Shown here piece by piece: positions 47,660-60,014 of a stretch of 64,000 nt of DNA (within the stretch, counting starts at the first letter, position 1; each line of letters opens with the position of its first letter). The notes beneath the pieces were generated by a model. The model did no database searches, was not told where the DNA came from, and was given only the letters and a program-made list of their open reading frames with translations. Position numbers and translations under genes: made by a program. This DNA is from Squalus acanthias (Eukaryota): positions 84,694,001-84,758,000 of the forward strand of contig CM059432.1 in the NCBI GenBank assembly GCA_030390025.1. The letters run 5' to 3'.

Positions 47660-48189
47660 GAGTACAGCTGGTTGAGTCGTCCGGCTCCTTGGACTTGGCC
47701 TGCTCCTGCTACTGACACAGGTTCACAGGCAGCAATGCTGAGAATGAGGTTCTGCAGCATGAATGTACCTCCCCTGTAAGAACTAGAAAGAGCCTGTGGC
47801 GATGGTGACTTGCGATTAGACTGCACCTGAAATTGCTTAGCGCTTTGAGTCTAACGCCACTGAGCTATGCCGTTAGCGCTTGATTTAGCGCTCCCATCCT
47901 TTCTTTGAGCGATGACACTGAATTTTGCGTGCAGCGAGATTCATTAGCACCTGGCGCTAAATCTCAATCTTTTCCAAAGTTAGCACCCACTCCTGGGCTA
48001 TAATGAATTTCTCCCCCAGAGTGTTTCCTCTTGTGGGGAAGAGCAAAACTAGAGGCCATCAATATAAGATAGTCACCAAGAAATCAAATAGGGAATTCAG
48101 AAGAAACTTCTTTACCCAGAGAGTGGGCCTACAGAACAAAATCTGCCTACAAAGTTGGACATTTGTTCTGAAAGGCTGTAAGGATGGCT

Positions 48190-50532
48190 TCAGTAACACT
48201 CGCTACCAAGGATATTCCGGGAGCACGTCTCCTACATAAATTTAACTGAGGAGCAGTGTCTTAGAAGGCTCCGCTTCAACAAAGAGGTGGTCACAGAGCT
48301 CTGCCACCTCCTGCAGCCAGACCTCGAGCCTCAGATCACGACCACCACAGCTCTCTCAGTGGCAGTCAAGGTCACCGTTGCCCTCTATTTCTACGCAAGC
48401 GGATCCTTCCAGTCTGCAGCATGAGACAGAGCTAACATTTTGCAGTTTGCTGACCATTGCTGCATCTGGGAGATCACAGAGGCTCTCTATAGAAGGAGAA
48501 GGGACTACATTTCCTTCCCCATCACCAGAGAGAAGCAGGATGAGCGTGCATGTGGCTTTGCCAGGATAGCGGGATTCCCCATGGTGCAGGGCGCCATTGA
48601 CTGCACCCACGTGGCTTTGCAGGCACCCCGTAACAATCCTGAGGTATTCCGTAACCGCAAAGGATACCACTCACTTAATGTGCAGTTGGTGTGTGACCAC
48701 AGACAGTGAATCCTCACCGTCAACACCCGCTATCCTAGCAGCACTAGAGTAGGCAAAGGCACAGTAATAACAGACACGAAGGGATTGCACAAGGGTGAAT
48801 AGTTAATATTTTTGTTGTAAATATGTGTTAACTGATTTTCGATAAATGTATTAATTCAGTTTGGATTCTTTTGTGGTGTGTCTCATTTCAGCTTTGCGCT
48901 GTGATATGGCCTGCGACAGGGATGGAATGGTGATGTGGTGAGCAACAGGGATCTGGGGTTTAATTCATTGGAACCGCAGCCTGATGAGGCGGTCAAGGAC
49001 CGCCCTTCCAGAAGGCAGATTGAGTGGCTGCCTCCTCCCTCGCTCCTGTTCCTCCGCCTCGTCATCCTCCTCATCTTCCTCTTCCTCCTCCTCCTCCTCA
49101 CCCTCTTCCTCCTCCTCCTCACCCTCTTCCTCCTCCTCCTCCTCCTCACCCTCTTCCTCCTCGTCATTCCCCTCTTCCTCCTCCTGAGGTGGTCCTGCAA
49201 TCCCTGGTGGCAAGGGCTGGGTTGTGGAGCATGCAGCAGACCACCACGAAATGGGACACCCGCTCAGCCGAGTACTGGAGGGCTCCTCCCAAGCAGTCAA
49301 GGCAGCAGAACCGTTGCTTCATCAGGCCGATGGTCTGCTCGATGATGTTCCTGGTGGCAGCATGGCTCTCATTTCTGAGTGCTGGGCAGGAGTGTTGGGG
49401 TTGTGGAGGGAGTCATGAGCCAGGTGGAGAGCGGATAGCCCTTGTCTCTGACCAGCCAACTGCGAGCTTGACGTGATGGCTGGAAGAGTGCTGGCACACC
49501 GGTCTGGTGCAGGATGAAGGCATCGTGGCTGCACCATAGGGAATCCCGCTATCCTGGCAAAGCCACATGTACGCTCGTCCTTCTTCTTTCTGGTGATGGA
49601 GAAGGAAATGTAATCCCTTCTCCTACTGTAGAGAGCCTCTGTGACTTCCCGGATGCAGTGATGGACAGCGAACTGCGAGATATTAGCTATGACTCATGCT
49701 GCAGATTGGAAGGTTCCGCTGGTGAAGAAATTGAGGGCGATGGTGACCTTGACTGCCACTGAGAGAGTCATGGTCGCCCTAATCTGAGGCTGGAGGTCTG
49801 GTTGCAGGAGGTGGCAGAGTTCTGTGAAGCGGAGCCTTCTAATACACTACTCCTCTCGCTTAATTGGAGAATTGCTGTCGGAATACCCTCAGAGGTTAAG
49901 GCCTCCTGTTGACAGCCCTGATGGCCCTCTTCCTCCCTCTGGCCAGATGTTCCAGTCTTTCTCGCTGCTTCCACTCCCTTCGCCGTAGACCCTTCGCGAG
50001 GTTGACTGCCAGTACAATGCCCATTAATGTAACCAAGTGTAGCAGTTTGATTTTTTTAAGAATAAATGTAGCTACCTTTTAGTTGCCACAACTCTCCTGA
50101 TACTAAATAACATTGAAATTATGGAATGAGACTGTTGCACTATGTGAAACTGACAAGAAAGCACTGAAACTCCACTAACCTACAGCTGCAACTCATTACT
50201 GAGGATCCCTTTAAATAACATCCCTGGAGCCGGCTTCCTGTTGCTTCACGCCAGCTCTACCTGTTGCTGTTTCCTCCAGGCGCAAAGGTAGGTGGCAACA
50301 ATCACTTTTGCAGATCGGGCAGTCAGTGAGCGTTGACACTCACTGACGTCACGATCCTCCTGGCGTTGAGGCTCCAGGCGATAACTGTTAGCGGCGGCGC
50401 TGCGGGGGGGGTGGGGCAAGATTTAGCATACGCCATTGGATTCGCCTTGCCCCGGCGATAACACTCTAGCGCCCCATTAGTGCCATCTGCTGGCGCTAAT
50501 GGGAGGTGCTAAGGTACCAAATTTTTTGCCCC
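48190..50532 (-). mobile_element. Rearranged Harbinger family B copy 2: transposase pseudogene on - (about 48965-50025) plus an inverted transposase fragment on + (about 48190-48740); one TIR
   Basis: Ends AAATTTTTTGCCCC at 50532. GAIDCTH fragment on +, long Glu tract at 49055-49185, and only the last about 60 bp of the Myb gene retained. Confidence 0.82.
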
Positions 50533-50918
50533 ATATGATATTTGAATTTTCATGTAAAATCATTCAACCATAAATAGCGGCAATTCAAATTGTTTGGCTT
50601 AGCTCGATATAAATACATCGCACAACCTTTCTGAAGTGTATAGAGAATTTTTTTATGTCTCGTGTGGGCTTCCCCAAATTCCGATTGAGTTGCTCAGTGC
50701 ATATGAAATGTTTAGGTTTATTTCAGCATTGTTGCAAACATAACTGCACAGTAATAATTCTCAATTGGCTTAAAGAAGTCATTTTCCGACTTTGTGTTCC
50801 AATGAGTCAGCTGACTCACCAAGGTGCACATCACAACCATGGAGATGTGTTGTGTACAACTTTCAACATGCAACACAATATGCATTTCCAGTGATTGAGG
50901 CTCACTGCCTGAAATGCC

Positions 50919-52800
50919 GGCCTGAATTTTAACATCAAAGAGTGAATGGGTTTGGGAGCAGGTGGGTAGTTAAAAGCGCTGAAATTGACAGCGCATCAAA
51001 AATCTGGCTTCAACCCTCTGGCTTCCGCATTTAACTGGAGCGCGTTAGGGTGTGAGCAAGAAACGCTCTTGAGAGAGGTGTATTAGCTATTTAAAGCAAT
51101 TACCAGCTATTGAAGAGGCTATTAAGAACCTTTTTTACCTGTGGTTTGAACTTTTACTGGGTGTCCACAGGATTCCCGAGCTTGCTGAACCTTGCCAGTG
51201 AAAGTAAGGCAAGAGCAGAGCGGCAATTGAGGGAGCTGAACAAATAACAGTCAAAAAATCCCATAAATGCTGGAAGAAGACCTGCTACCAAGTGGACCTG
51301 GTGGACACACGTTACCAGTGGCTGTCAAAGTGACCACTGCCCTCAACTTCTTCACCTCAGGCTCCTTCCAGAGATCTGCAGGAGGTATTTGCAGGATCTC
51401 ACAGTTGGCTGCCCACAAAAGTATCACCCTGGTAACCGATGCCATGTTTACCAGGGCAAGCACTTATGTACACTTTGCCACCGATGAAGCCAGTCACAAT
51501 GAGCGGGCCCTTGGGTTTGCAGCTCTTGCTGGCTTCCCACAGGTGCAAGGCATCATCGACTGCACACATGTGGCCATCAAGGCACCCCTAGATCACTGAG
51601 GAGTGTTCGTGAACAGTAAGGGCTTCCACTCCATCAATGGGCAGCTCGTCTGCAACCACAAAAAGATCATCATGCATGCATGTGCCACATTCCATGGGAA
51701 CTGTCATGATTCATTCATCCTGCGCCAGTCCACCCTCCCTCAGCTCTTGCAACCTCCGACCAGACTTACCGGCTGGCTGCTTGGAGACAAGGGTTATCCA
51801 CTGAAGACGCGGCTAATGATGCCGTTGAGGAGGTCAAGCAATGAGGCTGAAGAGCGTTACAATCAAAGCCAAATGACAACGAGATGTGTAATAGAGCAAG
51901 TAATTAGGATCCTGAAGATGCGCTTCAGATGCCTGGACAGATCTGGAGGAGCCCTTCAATACACACCAGCCAGAGTCTCCAGAATGATCCTGGTATGCTG
52001 CACTCTGCACAACACAGCGCAGCAGCGAGGATTGAAGCTACAGGAGGAGCAAGGCACAAAGCCTTTTCGGAGGAGCAGGAGAAGGAGCAGGAGGAGGAGG
52101 AGGAACTTGATATGGACATGGCTTTAGCAGCGACGCACATTGCTGCCTGGGATGGCCGGGGTTGCCTCATAATGGCACGATTTAGTTAGGTTGCACCAGT
52201 ACATCTGGCATCCAAATGCTGAACCAACTTTCCCCCCAAACTCAAACCAGTCCTAAAATAACTGAACCATTCCTGTCACACATATCCATTGCTCGCAGTT
52301 AAGTCATGTCTTACCATTCATTACAACTGACAAGACCACTTGCCAGGCAGCAGGCAAAAATGGGCAAGACGGGAAAGTGGTGCAAAGAAATAACCTAACC
52401 TTCACGGTGCAACATTGCCTAACACACCCTTGTGCATCTAGAGTTCTTTCATCTTCCTCTTCCTACCACTTCTACGTCGTGCAACCCTCGCAGCTTGAGC
52501 AGAGGTAGAGGCAGGATGCTCACTTACCCGCTCGGACTGCTTAGATATTTTTGACCTGACATTCTCTGGGCTTTGGAGCCCGTGAGGGCCCCGCCAAAGA
52601 CTGCTCCTCCTGCACCAGTGCAGGAACAGACTCGGCCATTGGGACACAAGGCAGCATCTGGGGCTCTGACTGAGCGGGGGCAACAGAGAAGAAGTGGAAG
52701 CGCTTTGAGCAGAGTCCCCACTTCCATGTCCCCTTTCACCATCATCCCTCTCATGGCCCACCTACACTTCCCTGCTTCACGGAGTAATGACGGCAAATGC
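50919..52800 (+). mobile_element. Old Harbinger family C remnant with a transposase pseudogene at 51267-52189
   Basis: [26 protein letters not shown] and CCTLHN motifs with a stop and a frameshift; boundaries approximate. Confidence 0.8.
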
Positions 52801-53406
52801 TGACAGTTTTACCTCAACTGCACTTTCTCCCCCGATCCATCTTTGTTCAGTCCTCAAGCATGACCCTGAGCTTTCGGTCCATCAACCAGGATGAAACATT
52901 ACTCCATGGACTTGCGCTTCAGTTTTCCAATTTAACTTTGAGAGATGGAAAGCTGGACAGGGAGCTATCCTGCTGGGTTTCCACGTATTCTTACTCAAAA
53001 ATGGGTTGGTCTTTTTCAAGTAAGGCAGTAACGATGAAGTGATTTTGGGGGAAAAATTCAGCATCGCCCGTTTGGGGCGCGATTATCGGCCGTGCGCAAA
53101 GTTTAGCGCCTGGCGCTAATTATCGCCTCCGACTGCAAACTTGGCTTTTATCACCCCTGGAGGTGATTGGAGCGCTAAATCAGGTGCTACACACCTGTCT
53201 TAAGGCGCAAAGGCCGAGGAGCGAGGCGCTAACTCAGAGCGCGGGCACAGCGCAGGTGCTGTCAGTTAGCGATGGAACACAGACACACTGGCACCGGACA
53301 GTTCTTAAAGGGGAGGGTCGATCTTGCTCTCCAGCCACACCCTGCTCATTGGAGCCTTGAATCTCGGCCTGGAGAGACCTGTGCCTAAATCTTGCAGCCA
53401 AGGACA

Positions 53407-55159
53407 ATGGAGAGGGCCAGGGAGCGAGCACATCACTTCAGCGAGCGGGCCTTGGAGGCTCTGGTTGGCGCGGTGGAGCGCAGAAGATCAATACTGTACC
53501 CAGAGAGTGGCAGGAGGCCTTTGCCGCGCGATTACAGAAGAGTGTGGAGGGAGGTGGCACAGAGCGTCTCCTCCAGAAGCGTGCCCAGGACCCATAAACA
53601 ATGTAGAAAAAAGTTCAACGACCTCACTCAGGTCGTCAGGGTGAGTGGCTTTTTTTCAAGAACCTCTCCATCCCTCCATCTCAACCTCACTCTATGGCCA
53701 GAGGGCCTTAAAACCCCAATGCCCAACACTCATCCAACAGCTATGGCCCTCTCATGAAACACACATGCACATTCCAAACTTTGCATATAGTAAGGGCTAT
53801 TCACCTATGGGAGGCACATCAGGCAAGATCATGGCTGTATATTTACTCAGACGCCGTCCTTTTTCTTGCAGGCCAAGCTATCTCATAATAGGAGACAGCA
53901 GCAACGGACGGGTGGAGGGCGGCCTCAGCTGCAACCCCTCAGCGATCATGAGGAGCGCGTCAAGAGGATTGTGGCAAGCCGGGTGATCGGTCCCGTCGCC
54001 ACTGGAGAGGCCGACCCCGTTCTGGAGAGCAATGGTAAGGTCATCACCTTTTTGTCCTCTCTCCTTCCACTTGTCCCTCACAACACCAGCATTTGACACT
54101 TTCAATCCAACTTACTAAATCACTGCACTCATTCCTCCCTTACTGCCACCCTGTCCTCACGCTAAAGCCACTCTTGTACCTCCCTGCTTTCAGATGGTGA
54201 TTCACCAGCTAAGGAGACGGGCCCTCAAGCTGCCAGTGGGAGTGAAGCTGCAGGCGTGGTGGAAGTTGAAGCCGGAGCATCAGCGCCACCCTCTCCCGAG
54301 GAAGCCCATGCCCACACTGGAAACACGCCTTCCCTGGAGGGGAGCAGGGGGGAAGGGTCTGATGAGGGAGAAGCTCCAGGACCCAGCGGGCTGCAGCAAC
54401 GTTATGGGGGTAGGGAAGCTTGGGGGCCTTCTCCCCGGAGGGAGAGTATGCCAGTGAGTCCTACTGCACTGGACTCAGAGGAAGAGCGGCTGATCGCTGA
54501 AATGTACACCCAGGCACACTGAGCTCATGGGTGCAGTGGGAAGGGTGCCTGAATGCATTGAATCACTGGCAAGGAGTGTGGAGCACTTCGCTGTAGCACA
54601 GGCGGATGCCACGCAACTGTTTAGTGCTGCAATTCAGTCACTGGCTGCCATGACCCCATCGCTGACTGCTCTCATGCAGACTCAGATTGAGGCCACGCGA
54701 GCACTGATTGCTGCCATCCTCGCTGGTTCGGACACATTTCCCCGGGGCTCTCACCGCGCCGCAGCAGTCCAGCAATCTGTGCTCCAGCAGATTGCTCCGG
54801 ATGCTGAAGTGCTGCCCCGTGGGAGTGCCAGTGTGTCGGTCGAGCAGGGAGTTGCTGTCCTCTCTCAAGATGACAGCATTCCTGCTGCCACCACTGTCAC
54901 TTCTCCACTGCACTTGCCACCGCCTGTAGGACAGACTGCTGCCGCCCATGCAGAGTTGGTGCAGTCTGCAGCCGGGCCCTCCAGGCCCAGATCTGGTCGA
55001 GGCCGTCCTTCAAGGGCATCTGCAGTCTCAGGTTCTGACAATCAGCAGCCTTCCAGCAGCCTTGCTGCAGCCACTGGGGTCCTATTACGGAGGAGCAGTA
55101 GGGTGGGAAGGGGGGAAGTGCGCAAGGGAAGGAGATCACCCTCGAAGGGCAAAAAGTAG
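53407..55159 (+). pseudogene. Myb/SANT gene of copy 2 (exons 53407-53640, 53872-54034, 54194-55159), frameshifted near 54515
   Basis: Same splice sites as copy 1; a deletion of about 10 bp produces TGA at 54520-54522. Confidence 0.87.
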
Positions 55160-55470
55160 GAGGTGTGACAAAATGTTGGTCATTTTTTTATTAAAGGCCG
55201 AGGTTCGTGGTCAAACTTGTGTTTAGTGTTTTGGACATTATCTCCAGGTTGTGAGAACCAGTTATGTTAATGACTGTGTTTTTGTGTTTCTTTCTATTAG
55301 TTTGTCATGAGGAAATGACACACACAGAGTTTGTAAAATAAATAAGTTTTTGTATTCAAAATGTACATGTTTGGTCTTTGCAATCATTGCTGCCTTGGCC
55401 GGCTTAGGGGTTGCGGGTTGGTTTCATTCATGTTGTTCTCAATGGCAGAAGCCATTTCCTCAGCAGGGGC

Positions 55471-56622
55471 CTAGAAGTGGCTTGCTATCAGCCGTTGACG
55501 GACGGCCCTTCCAGTTTCTACATTGTGGACCTCCCTCCCGCCTTGGTGCTGCTGATGATCATCCTCCTCCTCTTCCTCCTCCTCCTCCTCTGGTGGTGCT
55601 CCAAGGCCTGGTGGCATTGGCTGGGTCCTGAGGATTGCCAGGTTATGCAGCATGCAGCATACAACAACGAAGAGGGAGACTCGCTCAGGCGAGTACTGCA
55701 GGGCTCCTCCAGAATGGTCCAGACAGCGGAACCGTTGCTTCAGCACTCCGATTGTGTGCTCAACGATGTTCCTGGTAGCTAGATGGCTCTTGTTGTATCG
55801 CAGCTCAGCAGGGGTGTTGGGCGTACAGAGCGGTGTCATCAGCCAGGTGCACAGTGGATATCCCTTGTCCCCGAGAAGCCAACCACCTGGGTGATGCGGT
55901 GCCTGGAAAAGTTCTGCCACAGTAGTCTGGTGCAGGATGTATGCATCGTGGCTGCTGCCAGGATAGCAGGCATTGACAGCGAGTATCAGCTGTCTGTGGT
56001 CACAGACCAACTGTACGTTTAAGGAATGGAACCCCTTTCGGTTGCGGAAATCCTCGGCATTCTCATGTGGAGCACGCAAAGCCACATGCATGCAGTCAAT
56101 GGCGCCCTGCACCATGGGGAAGCCCGCTATCCTCGCAAAGCCAATAGCACGTTCATGCTGCTTGGCCGGGGTCATGGGGAAAGAGATGTACTCTCGTCTC
56201 CTTTTATAGAAGGCATTTGTGACCTGACGGATACAGCAATGGACCACGAACTGGGAGATATTGGCGACGTCCCCAGTAGCTGACTGAAATGAGCCGGTGG
56301 CATAAAAGTTGAGAGCCACTGTTAGCTTCACTGCCACCGACAGAGACGTCCTGCTCCTCAGTTGAGGCTGCAGATCTGGCTGCAGCAGGTGGCATAGCTC
56401 AGTGACCACCTCCTTGCTGAAGCGCAGCCTTTGCAAACACTGCTCCTCAGACATATTAATGTATGAGAATTGTTGGTGAAATACCCTGGGAGGGTAAGGT
56501 CTCCTGTACAGAGGCCTGTTGGCCCTCCTCCGTCTGGCCATGATTGCCACTCTCTCTCTGCGTCTCTGTGGCCTCCGATTCTGCTGGCGCAGGACGACGC
56601 CCCCAATCAGTGCAGCCCCCAT
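55471..56622 (-). CDS. Harbinger (HARBI1-like) DDE transposase, 383 aa
   Basis: Open ORF with GAIDCMH, GDKGY and VEHTIG; ATG chosen by homology to copy 1. Confidence 0.92.
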   Translation of the reverse strand: MGAALIGGVVLRQQNRRPQRRRERVAIMARRRRANRPLYRRPYPPRVFHQQFSYINMSEEQCLQRLRFSKEVVTELCHLLQPDLQPQLRSRTSLSVAVKLTVALNFYATGSFQSATGDVANISQFVVHCCIRQVTNAFYKRRREYISFPMTPAKQHERAIGFARIAGFPMVQGAIDCMHVALRAPHENAEDFRNRKGFHSLNVQLVCDHRQLILAVNACYPGSSHDAYILHQTTVAELFQAPHHPGGWLLGDKGYPLCTWLMTPLCTPNTPAELRYNKSHLATRNIVEHTIGVLKQRFRCLDHSGGALQYSPERVSLFVVVCCMLHNLAILRTQPMPPGLGAPPEEEEEEEEEDDHQQHQGGREVHNVETGRAVRQRLIASHF

Positions 56623-57693
56623 AGTCTCTTGGCAATCAAAGTAATGAAGGTCAAAAACCAAAGTACCTGCAAATTTATGCTCAGTAGCCAAAATTACTTC
56701 ACACAGCGTTGACTCAATGCAGAAGTCTCTCTTTCTCTCTCTCAAAATCTCTCTCTCTCTCTCTCAGAATGAGTGGTGCAAAAATGTCTACCACAGAGAA
56801 AGCCAGGAAGAGGGCCCCTTTAAATAGCGCCCCCCCCCCCAGCCCCACAGCGACTGGGAAGCGTTCCAGTCTACCTGTCGTTGGTTGCGCCAGGCGGAAA
56901 GGAGGGGGGCGCCACTCAATTTCCGTTCTGGGGCACCCCAAGGGTGTTGCACACTCGAATGACGTCAAGATCTGTGCGCGCAGGACATCGGGGCGGTACT
57001 GTTTAGCACCACCGCAAAATGTCCGGTCAATTTCGCGAGAGGCGCAGATATTGCCGCACCCGGGCGCTAGTTGCTTTGCGCCCCATTAGCGCCCTCTTAA
57101 GGCACTAATGGGAGGCGCAAACCAACTGAATTTTTCCCCCATTATATTTTAAATTTTCCATCATATCATCATAGCAACACTGGACATATGGAACACCAGC
57201 ATACAACAGACCCCCAGCATTGTCAGGACCAACAAAGACATTTTAAAAGTTCAAGGATGCACCTAAGGGAATGTATTTGATCATGTTAATCAATTCGCAC
57301 TGCCTCACTACCACTTTGTAGTTCATCTAACAGAGGCCAAATGCTTTTCTCTGCCCTAGAAGGGAGGACCGCTTTTAAGCTATTGCAGATGCCACTATCC
57401 CCTAAAGTGTAGGCTCCCAGCACACAGAAACCCTGCAAAAAATACATCAATTAAGATTGACCCTGGGAAATTCACCATGTTCAGTAGTACGACTGTTGGG
57501 AACGCGGATATCCTGCCATTCCAAACTTCTAGAGACATAGCCGCTAAAGTGCAACATTTGTACATTGTAAAATAAGACTGCGGCTTCTTTTTGAAAAGTG
57601 TTTTTATCCCAAGGTCTGGAAGGAAGTTTTAAAGGATCTCACTTCCTCTGACTCTATTTAGCCCTGTGTAAGTAGATTCCAGAATGATTCAAT

Positions 57694-57858
57694 GGAGGTG
57701 AAATTCAACTTCAGTGAGGATGCAAAATGAGCAGTAATGTGTCAGATGCCTGTTATATACCCCACGCATTGAAGTCACTGGAAAGGAAAGTCAGGCGGGG
57801 TGTATAACTGATCCTCTACCACTCGTTTTGCGCCCCCACCAAAGTTGTATTTCCCTCC
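57694..57858. mobile_element. Small, old palindromic MITE (about 165 bp)
   Basis: GGAGGTGAAATTCAACTT / AAGTTGTATTTCCCTCC ends plus inner complementary segments (GCAAAATGAG / CTCGTTTTGC). Confidence 0.55.
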
Positions 57859-58826
57859 CATCTCATTCACATTGCTACTTCTGTAAATAACTCCGACCAT
57901 GAATATACCTGTTTAATCTGTTCTAAAAATGTCTGACATGGCTGATCCATTTTCTGAAGTGGTATGAGATGTAGAAGTCCTACTTATTATCTGGTAATGA
58001 TGAAAGGATTGATTATTTTCCAGCGCACACAATCTTGCAGTACCTTTGATTCCTAGGAGACTAGGACTTGTCTATATGCCCCCTTCTCAGCCCATGTAGT
58101 CTTACCAAACTCTTTAATCCTGCCTGAAATGTACGTCTGGGCTAGCTCCTGCTTGAAGTGGTGTGAGTGCTGAGGTGTCTGTGATGACTCTTGTTACTGG
58201 CGTCCTCCTCCTGGGTTGTGGCCCTTTTGTTTAAGAAGAAACTGATGGCCCAGGATGACTCCTTGGGCACTGTTATGCACATAGTTGTTATAATAACAAT
58301 AATGTTTCAGTACAAAGGTGCGCCTGCCTGAGCTCAGATTAGGAAATCGCAGGAATGATCCCATGGTTTTTCATGGACAGAAAAAGATGCAGATCATTCC
58401 CGCAATTTCCTCATCTGCACTCCCCACAGGTACTGGAAGCATGCATTCGGAAAATCAATGTTATATTTCATGGAGGAACATAAATACACCTTTGAACCTA
58501 AGGAAAGTGAATGGATATGATTATCATTGCAAAAACCAAAAGCACTGTCAGGCACAAACGTTATCAGCCACAGGACTTGCATGGCCTTCCACCTTTGCTG
58601 GTCCCTCTGTTTAGTGGCAGATTAACCTTCAGACTTGCAAACGGTATTTCTTTGTTTTTTATGCCATCCACAATGTGAAGGATTTCATCAGTAAAGCAGG
58701 CCTTTCTATGCCCTACTCCTTCCATTAAACCTCCAATTTGTAAACTCTCCAGCTAGATTGAAGTGCTGAGGACTTCAATAGCTCTTAAATGGCTATTAAG
58801 AGTGTTAAAGAATGTTTCAGCATAAT

Positions 58827-59568
58827 GGCCCAAAAATTAGTGAGGGCGCCTTCGTGCGAGGGTAAGGCTTCCCCGCGATCTCTCACTGCGCGCTGGCTTT
58901 TTCATTCCCAGCTCGCACGAACTTGATGTTCTGGACAGCAGCTGTGCAGGGCTTCCGTATCCCACAGGCGCAGTTAATTCATGCGAGCTGTGGGATCACG
59001 TGACTCAGTTAGAGCCAATGGCAGCACACCATCTTTCATTCATAGCTTTCAGCAAAAGTGCTGTGAAAGCTATGAATCTATACCCCCCCAAAAGAACAGC
59101 TAAACCTCAATTAAATTTAAAAAAAACCATCACATTAATAAAATAAGTATAGTTAAATAAATTAACCATTTTAAACAAAAAATTAAATTTTTGAAAAAAT
59201 TTAAAATCTTTTAAAAAGTTATAAAAATAAACTTACCTTTCTTTAAAGTCTCTAAAAAAGATATACCTGTTGAAAAAAATTCAAAATAATACTTAATTAA
59301 CTACTTACCTTGTTAAAAGAGGGTCTTACGCCTCCTTTCTTTATGTGCAAAATCTTCCATACTTACCTGCGCGTTCAAAGCACTAAGTGCACTGCGTGCG
59401 CGCAGCCTGTAGCGCGCACGCGGTTCACCTAGGAACCGCCCCCTTTTGAAATCACCAAGTGCCGGTTTTCAGCGCATGCGCAGTGCATGCAGAAAACCGG
59501 CAATTGGAGACAGAATACGCGAGAGTACACAGTGCGTACTCTCGCGTAGCAACACTAATTTTTGGGCC
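58827..59568. mobile_element. Harbinger-type MITE, 742 bp, second copy
   Basis: Perfect 16-bp TIRs GGCCCAAAAATTAGTG / CACTAATTTTTGGGCC; homologous to 16831-17572. Confidence 0.88.
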
Positions 59569-60014
59569 ATTATTACATTTTTTTCTGATTGGCTGTTCAA
59601 AGTGTGATTTTGTAAAATTGTCCCTACAGAGCTACCTTTGTTGCTATGAGTGCAACTCCCACCTTAAAATTTGAGATAGTTTCCAAATCTATCATTGTGT
59701 AGGGATTAAAGATAGGGACAATGTGAGCCTTTCTAATGTTGTATGGCACCCTTGTTCCCGATTAATACACTTTGTTGCACTCTGTTATTTCCACTTGTAT
59801 TAGTGCACACCAAACATCCATTATTGTTCAATTTCACATAATGAATGATCATCTGATCCAATGAGACATGGTGGATGTATTTTTAACTGGAACAAATTGT
59901 GCAATAGAAAATAACTACTTATGTATTTACCCTTATTCAGTGACCTATGTTCAACATTACCAAAACTCATTACGGTATAGGAACAGAGGAACGACGAAAA
60001 AAGGCAAAGGTCCA

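Larger units (their letters stand above)
43948..48017 (+). mobile_element. Harbinger family B copy 1; both TIRs present, both genes disrupted
   Basis: TIRs GGGGGACAAATTCA / TGAATTTCTCCCCC and TSD AGA. Transposase pseudogene at about 44420-45411 (+); three-exon Myb gene 47659-45578 (-). Confidence 0.93.
43520..48128 (+). mobile_element. CR1 fragment split by Harbinger B1
   Basis: RT C-terminal remnants at 43513-43947 resume as VFPLVGKSKTRGHQY at 48021. Confidence 0.8.
53047..57140 (-). mobile_element. Harbinger family A copy 2, full length, inverted relative to copy 1
   Basis: TIRs GGGGGAAAAATTCAG / CTGAATTTTTCCCCC; colinear with 7206-11310. Confidence 0.96.

Noticed and set aside
11311..53046. 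Large inversion mediated by the two oppositely oriented family A copies
   Set aside because: Swapping the flanks does not produce matching TSDs, and the LTR and CR1 around copy 1 are continuous in the present order.
57141..58826. Host exons in the unique stretch
   Set aside because: The candidate frames I translated hit stops and showed no recognisable domain.
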